64,000 nt of DNA, from positions 18,228,001 to 18,292,000 of the forward strand of contig OX597817.1 in assembly GCA_951406725.2 (NCBI GenBank), written 5' to 3'. Shown piece after piece: positions 28,298 to 42,099 of this stretch (position 1 is its first letter; every line of letters starts with the position of its first letter). The position numbers and the translations under genes were made by a program. Below the pieces are notes generated by a model that had not been told where the DNA came from, did no database searches, and saw only the letters and a list, made by a program, of their open reading frames with translations. Source of the stretch: Octopus vulgaris (lineage: Eukaryota).

Positions 28298-29476
28298 ACA
28301 AGGAAACAATATACATTTCTGTCAACATTTTAGAGATATTAAGAATCTCTGGTTCTCTGATTGGTCATGAAATATCAGTTTCCTACAAATTTGTTTCACA
28401 AATATCTCCCTCTCCACGAGAAGTTGTCGTGGACAGATTACTGTTGCAGTTCTAATTGCAAATCCAGACGCATAAGTTTGCATCACTTACATTTGTACTT
28501 AGACTATAACCGAAACAAAACAAAAAACGAAAAAAAAAAAAAAAAAATCAAAGGTTAAATAAATATTTGAATGAATAAATAAAAATGGCGGCTTTTCAAA
28601 GTTGTGAGACATTGGCATATGATGTAGTGTCAATGTTTGGACGTAACTTGATTTACAGCATCAATCCTGAGCAGTACGGCAAAGATCAAAAGATGACAAT
28701 GGTGGTTATGTGTATATGTATTTGTGTGTGTATTTGTGCGTGTCTATTTGTGTGCGTGTGAGTGCGTGAGCGCGCCTGTGTGTGCGTGAGTGTATATACA
28801 GGTGATATATATATATATATATATATAAATATTTAGATACATATGTAAATACATATACACTCACGTATGTATGTATATATATACATACATACATGCACAC
28901 ACACACATACATACATACATACATGTATACGCACATATATGTACGCACCTATAGATATATTACAAACATGTATATACAGCTATGAATATTTATGTATATA
29001 TATATTGATGTATACATATATGAATGTATGTTTGGTTATTGGTGTGTGCGTATATATGTACCTACGTTTATATGTGTATATGCACAAATACACCTGCATA
29101 CATAAACATCTACAAAGGCACACACGCAGACACACACACATTTATACATACATGTACACATGCATAATGTATATATCTAGTTTTTCCACATATGAAACCA
29201 AATATGTATGTATATATTCTTATATGTGCATCTATTCTATCTAGATCTTAATAAATACATAACATACGCACAAACAAGCACACACAGACACACACAGAGG
29301 CAAACACACGCACACACACATTCACTTACATTTATAAATGTACCTACAGATTTGTATGGTCGGCGTTTGAATAGACCCCACCCCCCAAGAACATGCATAT
29401 GCATGAACATATTTTTGTTTATATCTATACACATATATGTATGTATATTTATCCATGCGTGAATATGTGTGTCAGA

Positions 29477-29549
<73 letters not shown>

Positions 29550-30445
29550 CACGCATATATAAGCGTACATAGGCGTCCATTGAAACACGCATATATAATA
29601 TGTTAATATGAAAGCAAGCGAGACTAGTAGATCTGTCCTCATAATTATAGTTATAAAGATCACAGTGTTTCATGAAGCACACCTTTAAAAATAATTGTGC
29701 AAATGTATGCTAAACTAGTCATACAAACACAAAAGATTGCCACACACACACATTGGCATGTGTGCATAATCGCATACATACCTTATGCTTACCCATTCTG
29801 CGTGTTCGCACTAATATTTGCTTTGCGCAAAAAAAACGTAGCTACACATATTCAATAATGATATATTTACCTTGTCTTCAAAGATTAGTTTGTTCAATGA
29901 TTATGACACCGAGGTTTATAGCTCGTATGCATATGTATGCATAGCCGCATACATCTACACAAACAATCGTACCTGAATGTTTGTACATACTTCAGCATAT
30001 AAATGAACGCAGACATGACTGCATTCATGTGTACATACATGAATAAACATACACACAAACACACACAGACGCACACACGTGTGTATATATATGCATATAT
30101 TCATGCGCATTATAGTTACTGATGCATATGCATATAAGTGTACTACATACATATATATGCATACAAATATATATAATACAAGTATATATACATACAAATA
30201 TATTTACCTATATGTGTGTGTATGTATGTGCATGTGCGTGCGTATATGTATCTGTATATATCATTAACCTTATATATGTATATATATATATATATATACA
30301 CATAATTATATACATGTGTATATGTGTATATATATAGAAATACATGTATATATATACATCACACACGCATACGTTCACACAAACACAAGCACACGCAAAC
30401 ATATAACATACGTACATATAATGCACATATACATACATACATACT

Positions 30446-30490
<45 letters not shown>

Positions 30491-30640
30491 ATATAGATAT
30501 ACAATACGTACAGACACAAACACACTCACACATACATACATACATACATATGTATGTAAGTATATATATATATATATATATATTATATACATATATAATA
30601 CATATATAAAATACATATATTATTGACATATATACACATT
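27720..30640. repeat. Extended (TA)n/(CA)n/(TG)n cryptic-simple-sequence domain
   Basis: Direct reading; alternating purine-pyrimidine tracts. Confidence 0.9.
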
Positions 30641-31243
30641 TGTTGCTCACGTTTTATTTTTGTTCTTTTGCTCGCTGTTATAAACAATGCATAGCGTACT
30701 TACACATCACCGCATTCATGCACACATGCACACATGCTCACATACACGCAGAACGTTTAACATTTGAATTTAAGATGCAAATTTCAAACAACACTGGCTG
30801 TGTTAGATTTCTAGTTTAAAATCTGTCTAAACAAAAAGCGAATTAAAAAAAAAAATGCCCCAATCACTTTATCAAGCTTTCTCGGTCTCTTTTGATATCT
30901 TATTGATGCTTCTCCTTCTTAAGGTAGTGTGTGATTAGGTTCATTGCAAGATTGGAACTGTAAAGGTCAAAGCTAGCTTGGTGGAGTAATTTATTTGTAT
31001 AATTTATTTTCGCTTAATTTTTGGAAAAAAATTATTTATTTTATTTTACTGTTTGTTTCTGTTGAATTTATTTTGTAGCTTTTATTGTAGAACCTTTACT
31101 GTTCATGTTGATTATCATTCTCTTTCTCTCTTCCTTACTTCTTATCCTTCTCTCTCTCTCTCTTTTATTCTGTATACACATATGAGCAGGCGCTCGTGTA
31201 GACACATGAACGCATTCACGCACGCACGCTCAGACATAATACC

Positions 31244-31302
<59 letters not shown>

Positions 31303-31471
31303 TCTGTCTGCGTATGTAGGAATAATATCGAGAACAATAGTTATAGCAACATTGCATGTTGATTGTAAAAGCAATTTCGATAAAATAAAATGACGTATCA
31401 AAGTAAAACCAAAGCAAAAACGGTTTGCTGAAGAGAAGACTCAATCGTGTTGTTAGTGTTATTGTTATTTT

Positions 31472-31526
<55 letters not shown>

Positions 31527-31925
31527 TGTAGTCGTAATGGTGGAAGTGGTGGTGATTTAATGAAAGGTATTTGTAGTGGCGTGGCGAGGTTTTGGTAAAT
31601 GGTATTGGTGTCAGTGGTCCGAGTTTATATGGTATTGGTTGCCAATAATGTTTGCACAGAAATATAGAGGAAAATTCTCATCATACCAAAATTCTAGCTT
31701 CGGTTTCTAATTTTATCTTTTGACAATTTCATTCTACTTCTCACGCTTCTCATGAAACATTACGAAAGTTGCATATTCTTCCCTATCTTTGTCAATAGAA
31801 AAGAACATTTTTGTGAATATTTAAAGAAAATCATTTCCATTTTCTTTGAAATAAGTCTTAGAGAATTTAAAAGGCAGTAAGCACTTAAGAATAATACTTC
31901 AAATACCATATGCCATTTTCGTTTA

Positions 31926-32142
31926 CGAGGGGCTGCTACGAAGTTCCATGCTTTGGTAAAACAAAATACAGTGGGGATTAGTTAATTATTATTTTATTCA
32001 ACATATTAACCCTCTCAGATTCACACACTTGTTGCAACTGTCCTTCAGTTTTCTAAACCCTATAAAAGAACTCTGAAAATGGGGCCTGCAGCAAGGCCTT
32101 TCGCGATGCCCTTAAAACCAGGAACTTTTCAGTACTCTCTAG
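31926..32142. mobile_element. Mariner-type MITE
   Basis: ta|cgaggggctgctacgaagttcc ... ggaacttttcagtactctctag|ta degenerate TIRs. Confidence 0.6.
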
Positions 32143-32267
32143 TATACCCGTACTACTATGTTTTAGTTGAGCTTATCTGATCAAAGACGAACAAATTCCT
32201 CATCGTCAAAGAATTTCTGGAGATGTGGCGTCTCCAATGCAAGTCTATGCTGCAAAAATCACAGACA

Positions 32268-33235
32268 CGAGGCGATATCAAAAAGTCTCCGAACTAGTTC
32301 TGTAGCCTGCCAACAGATGGCAGCACACGGTTGTGAGCGCCGTGAGAAGTAGCAGCGACCTTCATGAGGCAGTGCGCGAGTGACATTGCTGTGTTTACTT
32401 CGGAAGTTGTGAAATTTGTGTTTTTGTCATCATGTATATTCTGTAGTCTGCGATTTTTGTCATGGACAGGAAGCTGGAACAAAGACCCAACGTGAAATTT
32501 TGCGTTAAACTTGGGAAGTCTGCTTCAGGGATATTGAGCATGCTTTGGCAAGCTTACAGTGACGGGGCAGTCGTATACAATGTTTCGAGTGGCACAGGTG
32601 CTTCAAAAGCAGCACGACAGAGCCGCAGCTCAATCAAGAGCATGCTCATCGTTGTTTTCGACGTTCGCGGTATTGTGCATCGAGAATTTGCCCCCAGGGC
32701 CAGGCCGTCAATCGAGAGTTCTACTGCATCGTTTTAAAGCATTTGAAGGAGGACATTCGGTGAAAGCGACCGAATGTGTGGAGCGCGAAGAATTGGATTC
32801 TTCCCCGACGACAATGCATTCTGTCACCGAGCTCTCCTCACTCATCAATGTTTCGCCAAAAAGAACATTGTATCGCTTCCGCACCAACCCTATTCGCCAG
32901 ATTTAGCACCTGCGGACTTCCATCTCTTTTCCAAAATGAAAATGAAGGTTGCCGTTTTATCTCCGTTGTCGAGATGTAGAGCGAATAGCAGGAGGTCCTC
33001 GACTCGCTTACGGAAAACGACTTCCAGACCTGATTCCAAAAGTGTAAAGAACGGTGGGACCGGTGTATTGTTATGCAAGGTGACTTCCAAGCCAGAATCC
33101 AAAAGTAGCAGGAACGCGGAGACCGGTGTATTGCTGTGCAAAGTGACTATCTTGAAATAGATGATGTTAAACCTTAGGTAAATAAGTTATTTTTTATGAC
33201 ACATAATTATTCCTGGAACTTTTGACACCACCTCG
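32268..33235 (+). mobile_element. Decayed mariner transposon (transposase pseudogene)
   Basis: MDRKLEQRPNVKFCVKLGKSA; SIKSMLIVVFDVRGIVHREF; PHQPYSPDLAPADFHLFSKMK; TIRs cgaggcgatatcaaaaagt / acttttgacaccacctcg|ta. Confidence 0.9.
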
Positions 33236-34961
33236 TATTGGTAAGTATTCATAGAAGAGGCAAATATTATAAGTATCAAAGGAAATATTGACCAAATATT
33301 GCTTTGTGCAGCTTAATTCGTCATTTACACATGCCCCCTTTATTCATTAATTCCACACATTATTAGATGTTTGGTGTAAGATATTCTCCAGCGTTTCGCT
33401 AGTTCTAGTTCGCTAGTGAAAAGGTTACCTCCTGGCTTATCCGTGCAATAATTATATTAGCTGATTCAAGAAGTCAAGCCACTAGGTTTAAATAATATCT
33501 TGATATGCAACTTATTCAAGGCCCTCAGCTTGCAATCCATCAGTCGAGAAATCTGGTTCGGCCTCTCCGATACAACAATACTTCCAAATCTATCCAGTTC
33601 GAACGAAGGATCAAAAGCTTGTATGTTGAATACCTTTATCTGGATCGAATAAGTACAGATAAATAAGTGAATGATCCTGATGCAGAATTATCCGACCATG
33701 CATATTTAAATAACACCATATAGAAAATTATCCTGTTCTATGTTGTAAATGCTAACAATAGTTCCTTGCTTTATAGTTAATTATTGTTGCTTTTTTTTAC
33801 TATCGAAGACTTTCAGGTTACAGCTATAACAACATATGAAACACCTGGATTCCAGCTTTCAACAATTTTGTTGCACATATCTCGCCCTGGAACAGTATCC
33901 GACTGTTTTGTTTTTGCCATTGCCATAAACTTGAAAGATATTTTAAACCTCACCAACCGCCTTCATGTTTAACTATGCTGGCGAGGTATAGGCCACGAAT
34001 AAACCAAACGTTCAGCTTCAGAATCTATTTTCTATCTCAAAGTAGGCATCAGGCTGAAGCTTCTGAACCCACAAACCCATGTGGTGTTCCATGTCTGTTT
34101 TATTTACTAATCAAAATAACTTAACTGCTCTAAAATAGTTCATGTCTCACCTCAAGCCGCTTATTATGTTTTCAGAGCCTCTCTTAAGCTAAATATGTAT
34201 ATATTTGTAATACTTTTAATAAATTGTCATATGCGCAGTGAACAATGAGATTCAAAATGATGACCGGCATATTTATTCTTAATGCGTTCCAGCATATTCG
34301 AACGCGAATATGCTAATCGCTGTTGTGTTCATCACAAGAAAACAGCTTCTTTACGACGATAAACACACTAGGTTCATTCGTAGGATGGATTCTCGGACAC
34401 CGGTGTTTCAACATATTCTGTCTCTTCAGTCAGAAGCAAGCCAAGACCGATAAATCTAACAAGATCCGATGGCCGTATTTATAATATCAGTGAACAAATT
34501 ATTCGCTGATCTTTGCTGATTTTGCCAACCGATAAATCCCCATATGCACTGTTAAAATGAAACTCAAAACCAATACATACATATTTATTCCTAATATTCT
34601 TGTTTATTATGATTATAACCACCCAACAGCTGATGTAAAACCGTATAGTTTCCATATTATTGCTTCATGATAACGAGTTCCATATGGATTCTTCAATTTA
34701 CAATGCAGAAAAAGTAACTCCTTCGTGGCCATTGTTGTGTGATTTCCTCGTTGTGGTTACTATCACTATTGTTGACAGCGTGTTGCAGTCATTCCAAATT
34801 CTAGTTGTTATTGTTCTTGTTCATATTGCTATTATTTTCTATATAGGTCTTGTTATTGCTGTTGCCCTAATGGCCACAATGTCGGTAGAAATGCGGTTAT
34901 AGGAGCAATTATTGTCATTATAACAACGATGATGACGTCGACGACGACGAAAACAACAGAA

Positions 34962-34996
<35 letters not shown>

Positions 34997-35094
34997 AATG
35001 AAAATGACGACAAGAAGAAGAAGAAGAACAGCAACAACAACAACATCAATGACGACGACGACATCTTTGTTTTCGACGGAAGAGTAAATAAAGG

Positions 35095-35422
35095 CAAAAT
35101 CTAATTCACATTAGTAAATAAAACAGCAAATACGACAAAATCTCACATACGTTAGAAAATAACTGTAATTAAATGCGACAAAATCCAATTTACGTCAGAA
35201 AGTAAGAGAAAATATATACAACGAAAGCTAACTTACGTTAAGAAATAGCTAAAATAAATACAACAGATCTAAATTACGTTAGAAAATAGCAATAAATAGA
35301 TATAACAAAATCTAAGTTACGTCAAGAAATATATTTAAAATAATATATAAAAGCAAAAATTAGCTTACGTTAGAAAATAAGAATAAAGTATATACAACAA
35401 AATCCAACTTACGTTAGGAAAT
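35095..35422. repeat. Degenerate ~41-48-bp minisatellite, 7-8 units
   Basis: Recurring core caaaatc.a.ttacgt(t/c)ag.aaata. Confidence 0.8.
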
Positions 35423-35579
35423 CAAACAAAACATAAAGAAAAAAACCACACAGAAAAACAAAACAGTTATGACAGGTAGAAACAGGATTGGTTTCAAAAG
35501 ATGTTTTGTGTGTAGAAGCAACACAAAACAATTGCGACAACTGCTATAGCGACAGTGAAGTTGCCACCGCTGCTGAGGG

Positions 35580-35619
<40 letters not shown>

Positions 35620-35653
35620 AATGATGATGATGATGATGATGATAATGATGATA

Positions 35654-35685
<32 letters not shown>

Positions 35686-35686
35686 A

Positions 35687-35718
<32 letters not shown>

Positions 35719-35719
35719 A

Positions 35720-35751
<32 letters not shown>

Positions 35752-35884
35752 CACGACGATGATGAAGATGATGATGATGATGATGATGATTAGGATGCTG
35801 ACGACTGCAACCACAACTATGATGGTAATGATGATGATGGTGATGATGATTATGATGATGATGATGATGATGATGATGAGGAGG

Positions 35885-35921
<37 letters not shown>

Positions 35922-35922
35922 C

Positions 35923-35979
<57 letters not shown>

Positions 35980-35985
35980 CACGAC

Positions 35986-36018
<33 letters not shown>

Positions 36019-36060
36019 CACGACGATGATGAAGATGATGATGATGATGATGATGACGAC

Positions 36061-36108
<48 letters not shown>

Positions 36109-36196
36109 CATGATCACGACGATGATGAATATGATGATGATGATGATGATGATGATGATTAGGATGCTGACGACCACAACCACAACTATGATGGTA

Positions 36197-36229
<33 letters not shown>

Positions 36230-36265
36230 AGGATGCTGACGACCACAACCACAACTATGATGGTA

Positions 36266-36320
<55 letters not shown>

Positions 36321-36328
36321 CGATGGTG
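35580..36328. repeat. (GAT)n tract with repeated interruption cassettes
   Basis: gattaggatgctgacgac..caaccacaactatgatggtaat occurs three times; gatcacgacgat occurs four times. Confidence 0.95.
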
Positions 36329-36620
36329 ACAATGTGTTGGATTAATGTTTTCAAAAGGGGTGGGACGTGTGTACAAGTACATAAACAGAAACACATAACG
36401 GCAGCAGATGTTTCCTCGTGATGAATTGAATAACTAATTTGGATAGTTGCGAAAATGTCACCATCTCGTATTCTGTGTGGTCATGTGTATGTACCAGAGG
36501 AAAGTGTCAGTCTGTGCGCATACGAATATGTGTATATATGTGTGAAAGTGTGCATGTGTATATGTATATATGTTTATATATTTGTATGTATACATACATA
36601 CATGCATATATATATGTATG

Positions 36621-36666
<46 letters not shown>

Positions 36667-36697
36667 TATATAAATATTATACATATACATATATTTA

Positions 36698-36756
<59 letters not shown>

Positions 36757-37826
36757 GCATGTATATTTATATATTTACATATACTTACATATAATTGCAT
36801 GTATATATGAATGTATGTGTGTACACACTCACACACATACACATATATATATATACACACACATTTATGTATGTATATATATATATATGTATATGTATGT
36901 ATGAAGTTGTGTGTTTATGTATATAAGAATGCAAGATGTATGTATAGTTGTTTGTATGTGTGGTTGCATGTATGTATATATGTATGAATTATACACGTAT
37001 ATCTGAATGCATTATGTATGTATTAATGAATGTTCTATGAATGAATCTATGTATGAATGGTAAAGGCACGTAGCCCAGTGGTTAGGCTGTTACGCACACT
37101 ATCGTAAGGTTGAAGGTTCGATTCCCAGAAAAAGGCGGCACGTTGAGCAAAGCGCTTTGTTTTGCATTGTTCCAGCAAATGTAATTGGAGATGAGGCAGC
37201 CTAGCGCTAGTACAGCCTTCTCTCCATCCAGCAGTCATATCCTGAATGTTCCAATTGGTTAAGGGTAGGAAGACTGAGGCAGTATTTGTCTCGGTTCGTG
37301 GCTACAGAGGCACCTAAAAGAATTAACGGAAGTATGGTACATTCAACGAAGCTATTGTTGTTCGCAAGTAATTGATGACTGAACAATATACGTCTTCTCT
37401 TTCTCTTTTTGATGTAGACTAAATCTTGACTGGCCACCTACTTGATAGCAAAGTTGTGAAGAAAAGTATCTTTTTTTAACCCTCATCCTTTAAATTATAA
37501 GAAGGTCTTGCAGATTTTTATAGCCCCCAGATATCATGATCATTCGTAGCTTATGAATTAAGGATTTGCATTCTTTTCCCAAGAAACCAAGTTCAGCCAT
37601 ACTTTGCTTCAGTCGGGTTAGTATGAATCTTGTTGCTCCAATAATAATGGATATGAAGCTAAAAGTGCATCTTGGGTACTGGGTTTGTTAACTACTCATC
37701 AGTTGTCCATAGATTTCCTCTCTCTCTTGTATTTTTCTAACCATATTTGTGCCCAGGAGGCAGCAGAGTTCCACAACAGACCATATATTTTCTTTGTGGT
37801 TTCACAGAACGATATCTGACCGGTTG

Positions 37827-37857
<31 letters not shown>

Positions 37858-37897
37858 ATGTATGTATGTATGTATGTATGTATGTATGTATGTATGT

Positions 37898-38128
37898 ATT
37901 TCTTTACTACCCACAAGGAACTAAACACAGAGGGGGACAAATAAGGACAGATAAACGGATTAAGTCTATTACATCGACCCCAGTGCGTAACTGGTACTTA
38001 ATTTAATCGACCCCGAAAGGATGAAAGGTTAAGTCGACCTCAGCGGAATTTGAACCCAGAACGTAACGGCAGACGAGATACGGCTACGCATTTCGCCCGG
38101 CGTGCAAACGTTTCTGCCAGCTTGCCGG
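37898..38128 (-). mobile_element. SINE family B
   Basis: Near full-length match to 10603-10836. Confidence 0.85.
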
Positions 38129-38209
38129 TTGTGTATGTCTGTCTGTATATATGTATGTATGGATGTATTATTATGTGCGTATGTATTTATTTATGTATGT
38201 ATGTATGTC

Positions 38210-41158
38210 TGTATTCAGTTTATTTCAAGATTTCTTGCCAATAGAGAAAGAACCGGTTTCTAACATAGATGCAAGGTTCCTTCTTTGGAATTTCAACATC
38301 AACAACGGTATTTTGTTTGTTTTTATGTATGTATGTATGTACATATTTGTTTGTTTTATGAATGTATTCTCAGGCATATAGTTGCATATCTAGACATGCT
38401 CATATATATTTAAATGATAAACTTCTGGAAAGTTTGACAGTTTTCTAACGTTCCAGTGATGGATTGGATCTGTAGTCTTCGAATTAGCTTTCTTTTTTCT
38501 GGTTTTGAGAAGCCTAATTTCTCAAGATTGGTATTTAGGCAGTGTGTTACATATCTCAGGGCTCCAATAATTACAGGTATAAAGCATCACTGGTACATTC
38601 CATTATTATTTCTTTTCCTTATGAGTGGCAATGGCTTCTACCATATTGTGGGTTCATATTTCTTTGTCCTCGGGATTATCCTTCCGACAGTTAGTTAGTT
38701 AGTTAGTTAGTTAGTTAATTTGGCTCAAAAGCAAATAGCAAGGCCATGTAGGGGGGCATGGAGTTAAGTACAGGGTGGTGTCCATGTAAAGAGTTCAGGC
38801 CACTTGAGGTCCAGGGAGGCTTTGAACAAAGCGGTCGTCGGCATCTTCACGATCTCGTCTGGCAGCTTGTTCCACGGATCCGCAACCCGGACGGAGAAAG
38901 CTCCTCTCCTTCGATTGAGATGAAATCGTCGCAGGTAGAGCTTTTCGGAATGACCCCGCAGCCGACGCTCTGGAGCAGGAGTGAAGAACAGCTCTTTCGA
39001 GAGGTTACACTTCCCGCTTATGATGTTGTGGGCGAGAATGAGATCACCACGGCGGCGGCGTTTTTCAAGAGAATAAAGGTCGAGCGTCCTCAGCCTTTCT
39101 TCGTAGGACAAATTTTTGAGACCATGAACCATGCGGGTAGCCAGCTTCTGGACTCTTTCGAGATGCTGTATGTCTTTGAGGAGATAAGGAGAAGAGGCTT
39201 GAATCCCATACTCAATATGGGTCTCACCAGCGTGACATAAGTGGTAGGAATATGGCTGCTGTGAGCATTCCGAATGACCGTCGAATCAAAACAGAATTCC
39301 GCGCGCTTTGTTGGCAGCATGGACGCACTGGGCCGAAGGCGAAAAGGAGGAATCCACCAAGATACCCAGGTCCTTTACCTGATCGGTCCTTTCCAGCAGC
39401 AGACGACCCGGCTCGAAATCAAGTTGAGTTGCAGGAGTAGAGCCGACAGGCAGATGACAGCACTTTGACACGTTCAGACACAGGTCACAATCGTTAGACC
39501 ACTTCCAAATTTGGTGGAGGCATCGACGAAGATCCTCTATACTACCGCGAGGAGCGACCAGTTTGATATCGTCGGCAAATAGAAGGGTGTGTTGCGTGAG
39601 GTCGTCGGGCAAGTCATGAAGACTAAGAACAACAAGGGCCCAAGCACTGAACCTGGAGGCACGCCACTGCTCGCACTGGAGACGTCGGACCGCGAACTAT
39701 TAACTTGAACTTGGAAGGAGCGATCTGAGAGGAAGGCACCAACCCATCGTACAATATCCGGATGGAAACTATATGCTTGAAGCTTGACAAGTAGTAGGCG
39801 GTGGTTTACCGAGTCAAAAGCTTTGGCAAAGTCCAATAAAACGATGTCAACAGCATCACTATCATCGAGGATGCGCGTCACCAATTCTTCCATTACTAGT
39901 AAGTTGGTCAAGCATGATCTCTTCGGCACTAAGCCGTGTTGGGAATCAGTGATCGAGGCTGTGTTTAGGAGGTGGAGCATCATACTTTTCTTAAGGATGG
40001 TTTCGAACATCTTGCTGATTATTGATGTAAGGGAAACCGGTCGGTAGTTAAGCGGGTCTTCGCGGCTCCCTTTCTTGAAAATTGGGCAGATTATCGCTGT
40101 TCTCCAGTCTGCAGGTATAACACCCGTCGCCAATGACATATTGAATAGTCGTGTTAAGGGCTCGCAGATGACCGGAGCCAACGCTTTGATAACCCGTGTG
40201 TGTATGCCGTCAGGGCCGTGACCCTTGTTGACATCGAGGCCTTGAATAACACGTTTGACTTCGTCCCGCGTGATGACCAATCGAAGCATTGGAGGTACTG
40301 ATCTATCAAATGGAGGGGGTTCACGACCATCATCTTGTTTGAAAATAGTTGAAAAAGCCTCGGCAAATAATTGACTCTGTTGATAAGGGTCCTCAATCGA
40401 TACGCCTGTTAAGTCTACCAACGTTGCAATCTGGTTGTTCAAGCGGGAATTCCGCTGGACATGGGCAAAGAAGGTTTTTGGATTGCTACTGGCATTTGCC
40501 GCGATTTTGTATTCATAACTGAAGCGTTCTTTCTTTTCAATTTTCACGTCTCGGTCTCGTTGAGTTTTGTACACCTCAAAAGCTGCAGTCGAATCCAGAT
40601 TTTTGAATTCAGCCCAAGCAATATCTCTGAGTCGACGTTCTCGTTTAACCTTCTTCGTAACCCAGGGCTTGTGTTTCTTCCTCTTGGGAAGCCCAACGGG
40701 AACTGCCTGGTCAGTCAAACAGATTACATATGCTTTGAGGGATGACCATAGTTCGTCAACTGAGGACAACGTCATCAGGGATCGCCAGTCCAGAAGCGCG
40801 GAAGCCTCGGTTAGAATTTCAAGATTAATTGCAGAGAAGACTCTACGTGGCAGCGAAGTAATCGTGGGCGTAGAAAAAGTTGTGTGCATGACGAACTTCA
40901 GGACCGCATGATCACTCTTGGCAAGAGGGGCGCACACAGATACGTCTGACACTGATCTTGGATAGCGGGAGAATACCAGATCTCATTATAGAGAGTCCTA
41001 GCTACAACGTTATGTCTCATCGGTAGATAATACCGTGATGACATTTTCGGACAACTGCTTGTGATGTGGGTGATATATCCAGAGTGAAATCTACAAAGCC
41101 TGTATCGGTTGTCACATTTTACACCTTTTTCCGTATCTCTATCCCTTTTGTGCATTAG
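38210..41158 (-). mobile_element. RLE-LINE family 2 3' fragment split by a CR1-like insertion
   Basis: CDNRYRLCRFHSGYITHITSSCPKMSSRYYLPMRHNVVARTLYNEI (40980-41155) continues as CRKDNPED..WNVPV..PVIIGAL (38690-38560). Confidence 0.8.
38691..40979 (-). mobile_element. 5'-truncated young CR1/L2-group LINE (APE C-terminus plus RT), a few frameshifts, (TAAC)n tail
   Basis: ORF pieces 39537-40952, 39286-39612 and 38764-39132: SDH, GPDGI, PIFKKG..NYRPVSLTS, LDFAKAFDSV, SGVPPGSVLGPLLF, LFADDIKL, KDLGI, RRRRGDLI, RGH..FSVRV..WNKLP. Confidence 0.95.
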
Positions 41159-41224
41159 GTATGCATGTATGTATGTATGTATGTATGTATGTATGTATGT
41201 ATGTATGTATGTATGTATATATAA

Positions 41225-41425
41225 GTCTAGATTTGTATGTTTTATTTTATGTATATATTGTCATGCATGTCAAACATGCTCATATATATTTAAATGATAA
41301 ACTTCTGGAAAATTTTACAGTGAGAAACCTAATTTTTCAAGACTGGTATTTAGGCAGTGGGTTTCATATCCCAGTGCCCCAATAATTACCGGTATAAACA
41401 CGAACTTGTAATCTGGATAGGGTAG
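41225..41425 (-). mobile_element. Second 3' end of RLE-LINE family 2
   Basis: catgctcatatatatttaaatgataaacttctggaaa and ggtatttaggcagtg...ccaataattac duplicate 38395-38580; (TATG)n tail. Confidence 0.75.
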
Positions 41426-41444
41426 CTGTTGATTCTTCAATATA

Positions 41445-41830
41445 TATATGTACTACATCCAGTGGTAAGGCTCCAGTTCAGGAGTTTTGGAGTTGTGGGG
41501 AGCATGGAGTCACCCCTTAATTACCATTACTGTCAGGATCCAATCTTTGGGCTAAATAGATTTCCCAGGGTAGAGGAGGCCCCCCGCTATTTTTGATGAA
41601 GTGATTGGGAAGGCAGATCTTTTAAGAGAAAGATACTCTGGCAGAAAACTTGCATTCAAAATAGTATCAGTCATCTTGCTATAGCTACCGAGACGGTGGT
41701 AAAAGTGTTGTGCAAGTGAGACATCTGTACATGCAATGATGTACAAATGCTTCGCCATCTGAGTAGGTTATCATCTGACAAGATGAGGCTATCATCGTCA
41801 TCATCATCATTATCATCATTATCATGATGT
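41445..41830. repeat. Unclassified dispersed repeat, homologous to 59380-59995
   Basis: Shared catccag..gctccagttc, ccaatct.tgggctaaat.gatttccc..ggtagaggaggc, cgctatttttgatgaagt, acaagatgaggc; the 59-kb copy is interrupted by SINE B (59628-59858). Confidence 0.75.
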
Positions 41831-42099
41831 ATGTATGTATATATGTATGTATGTGTGTGTGTGTGTGCACTATTGACTACAGGTCTACGCTGAGCCGGAG
41901 TGGTTAGCACCTATCAGTGTTCGAGCTTTGGCTTTAATTAGTATATGTAATGGCATTCCATCTGAGGGCAGAGATGTAGAAATACGTCTCTGCAGTTGGC
42001 TTCAGGGTATGCAGTAACGTCATTGGGAGTGAGGGACACCTAGCTTTCGTCACAGTATACTTCTTGGAAAGGGACATTGATGTAAAACCTTCTTTTTCA

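Noticed and set aside
33270-34010. Possible very old L1/Tx1-like LINE remnant (also unclassified stretches at 11320-12280 and 58600-59250)
   Set aside because: Too degenerate to support a call by eye
35095-35422. CRISPR-like regularly spaced repeat
   Set aside because: The repeats are degenerate, the spacers resemble each other, there are no cas genes and the context is eukaryotic
35414-36421. 326-aa poly-His, poly-Met, poly-Ile and poly-Asp ORFs
   Set aside because: All derive from one (GAT)n tract; no splice or codon evidence for a His-rich protein, although transcript data would be needed to exclude it fully
39537-40952. Bacterial-type RT system (retron, DGR or group II intron) or domesticated RT gene
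   Set aside because: The motifs, APE remnant, simple-repeat tail, 5' truncation and frameshifts identify an ordinary non-LTR retrotransposon copy
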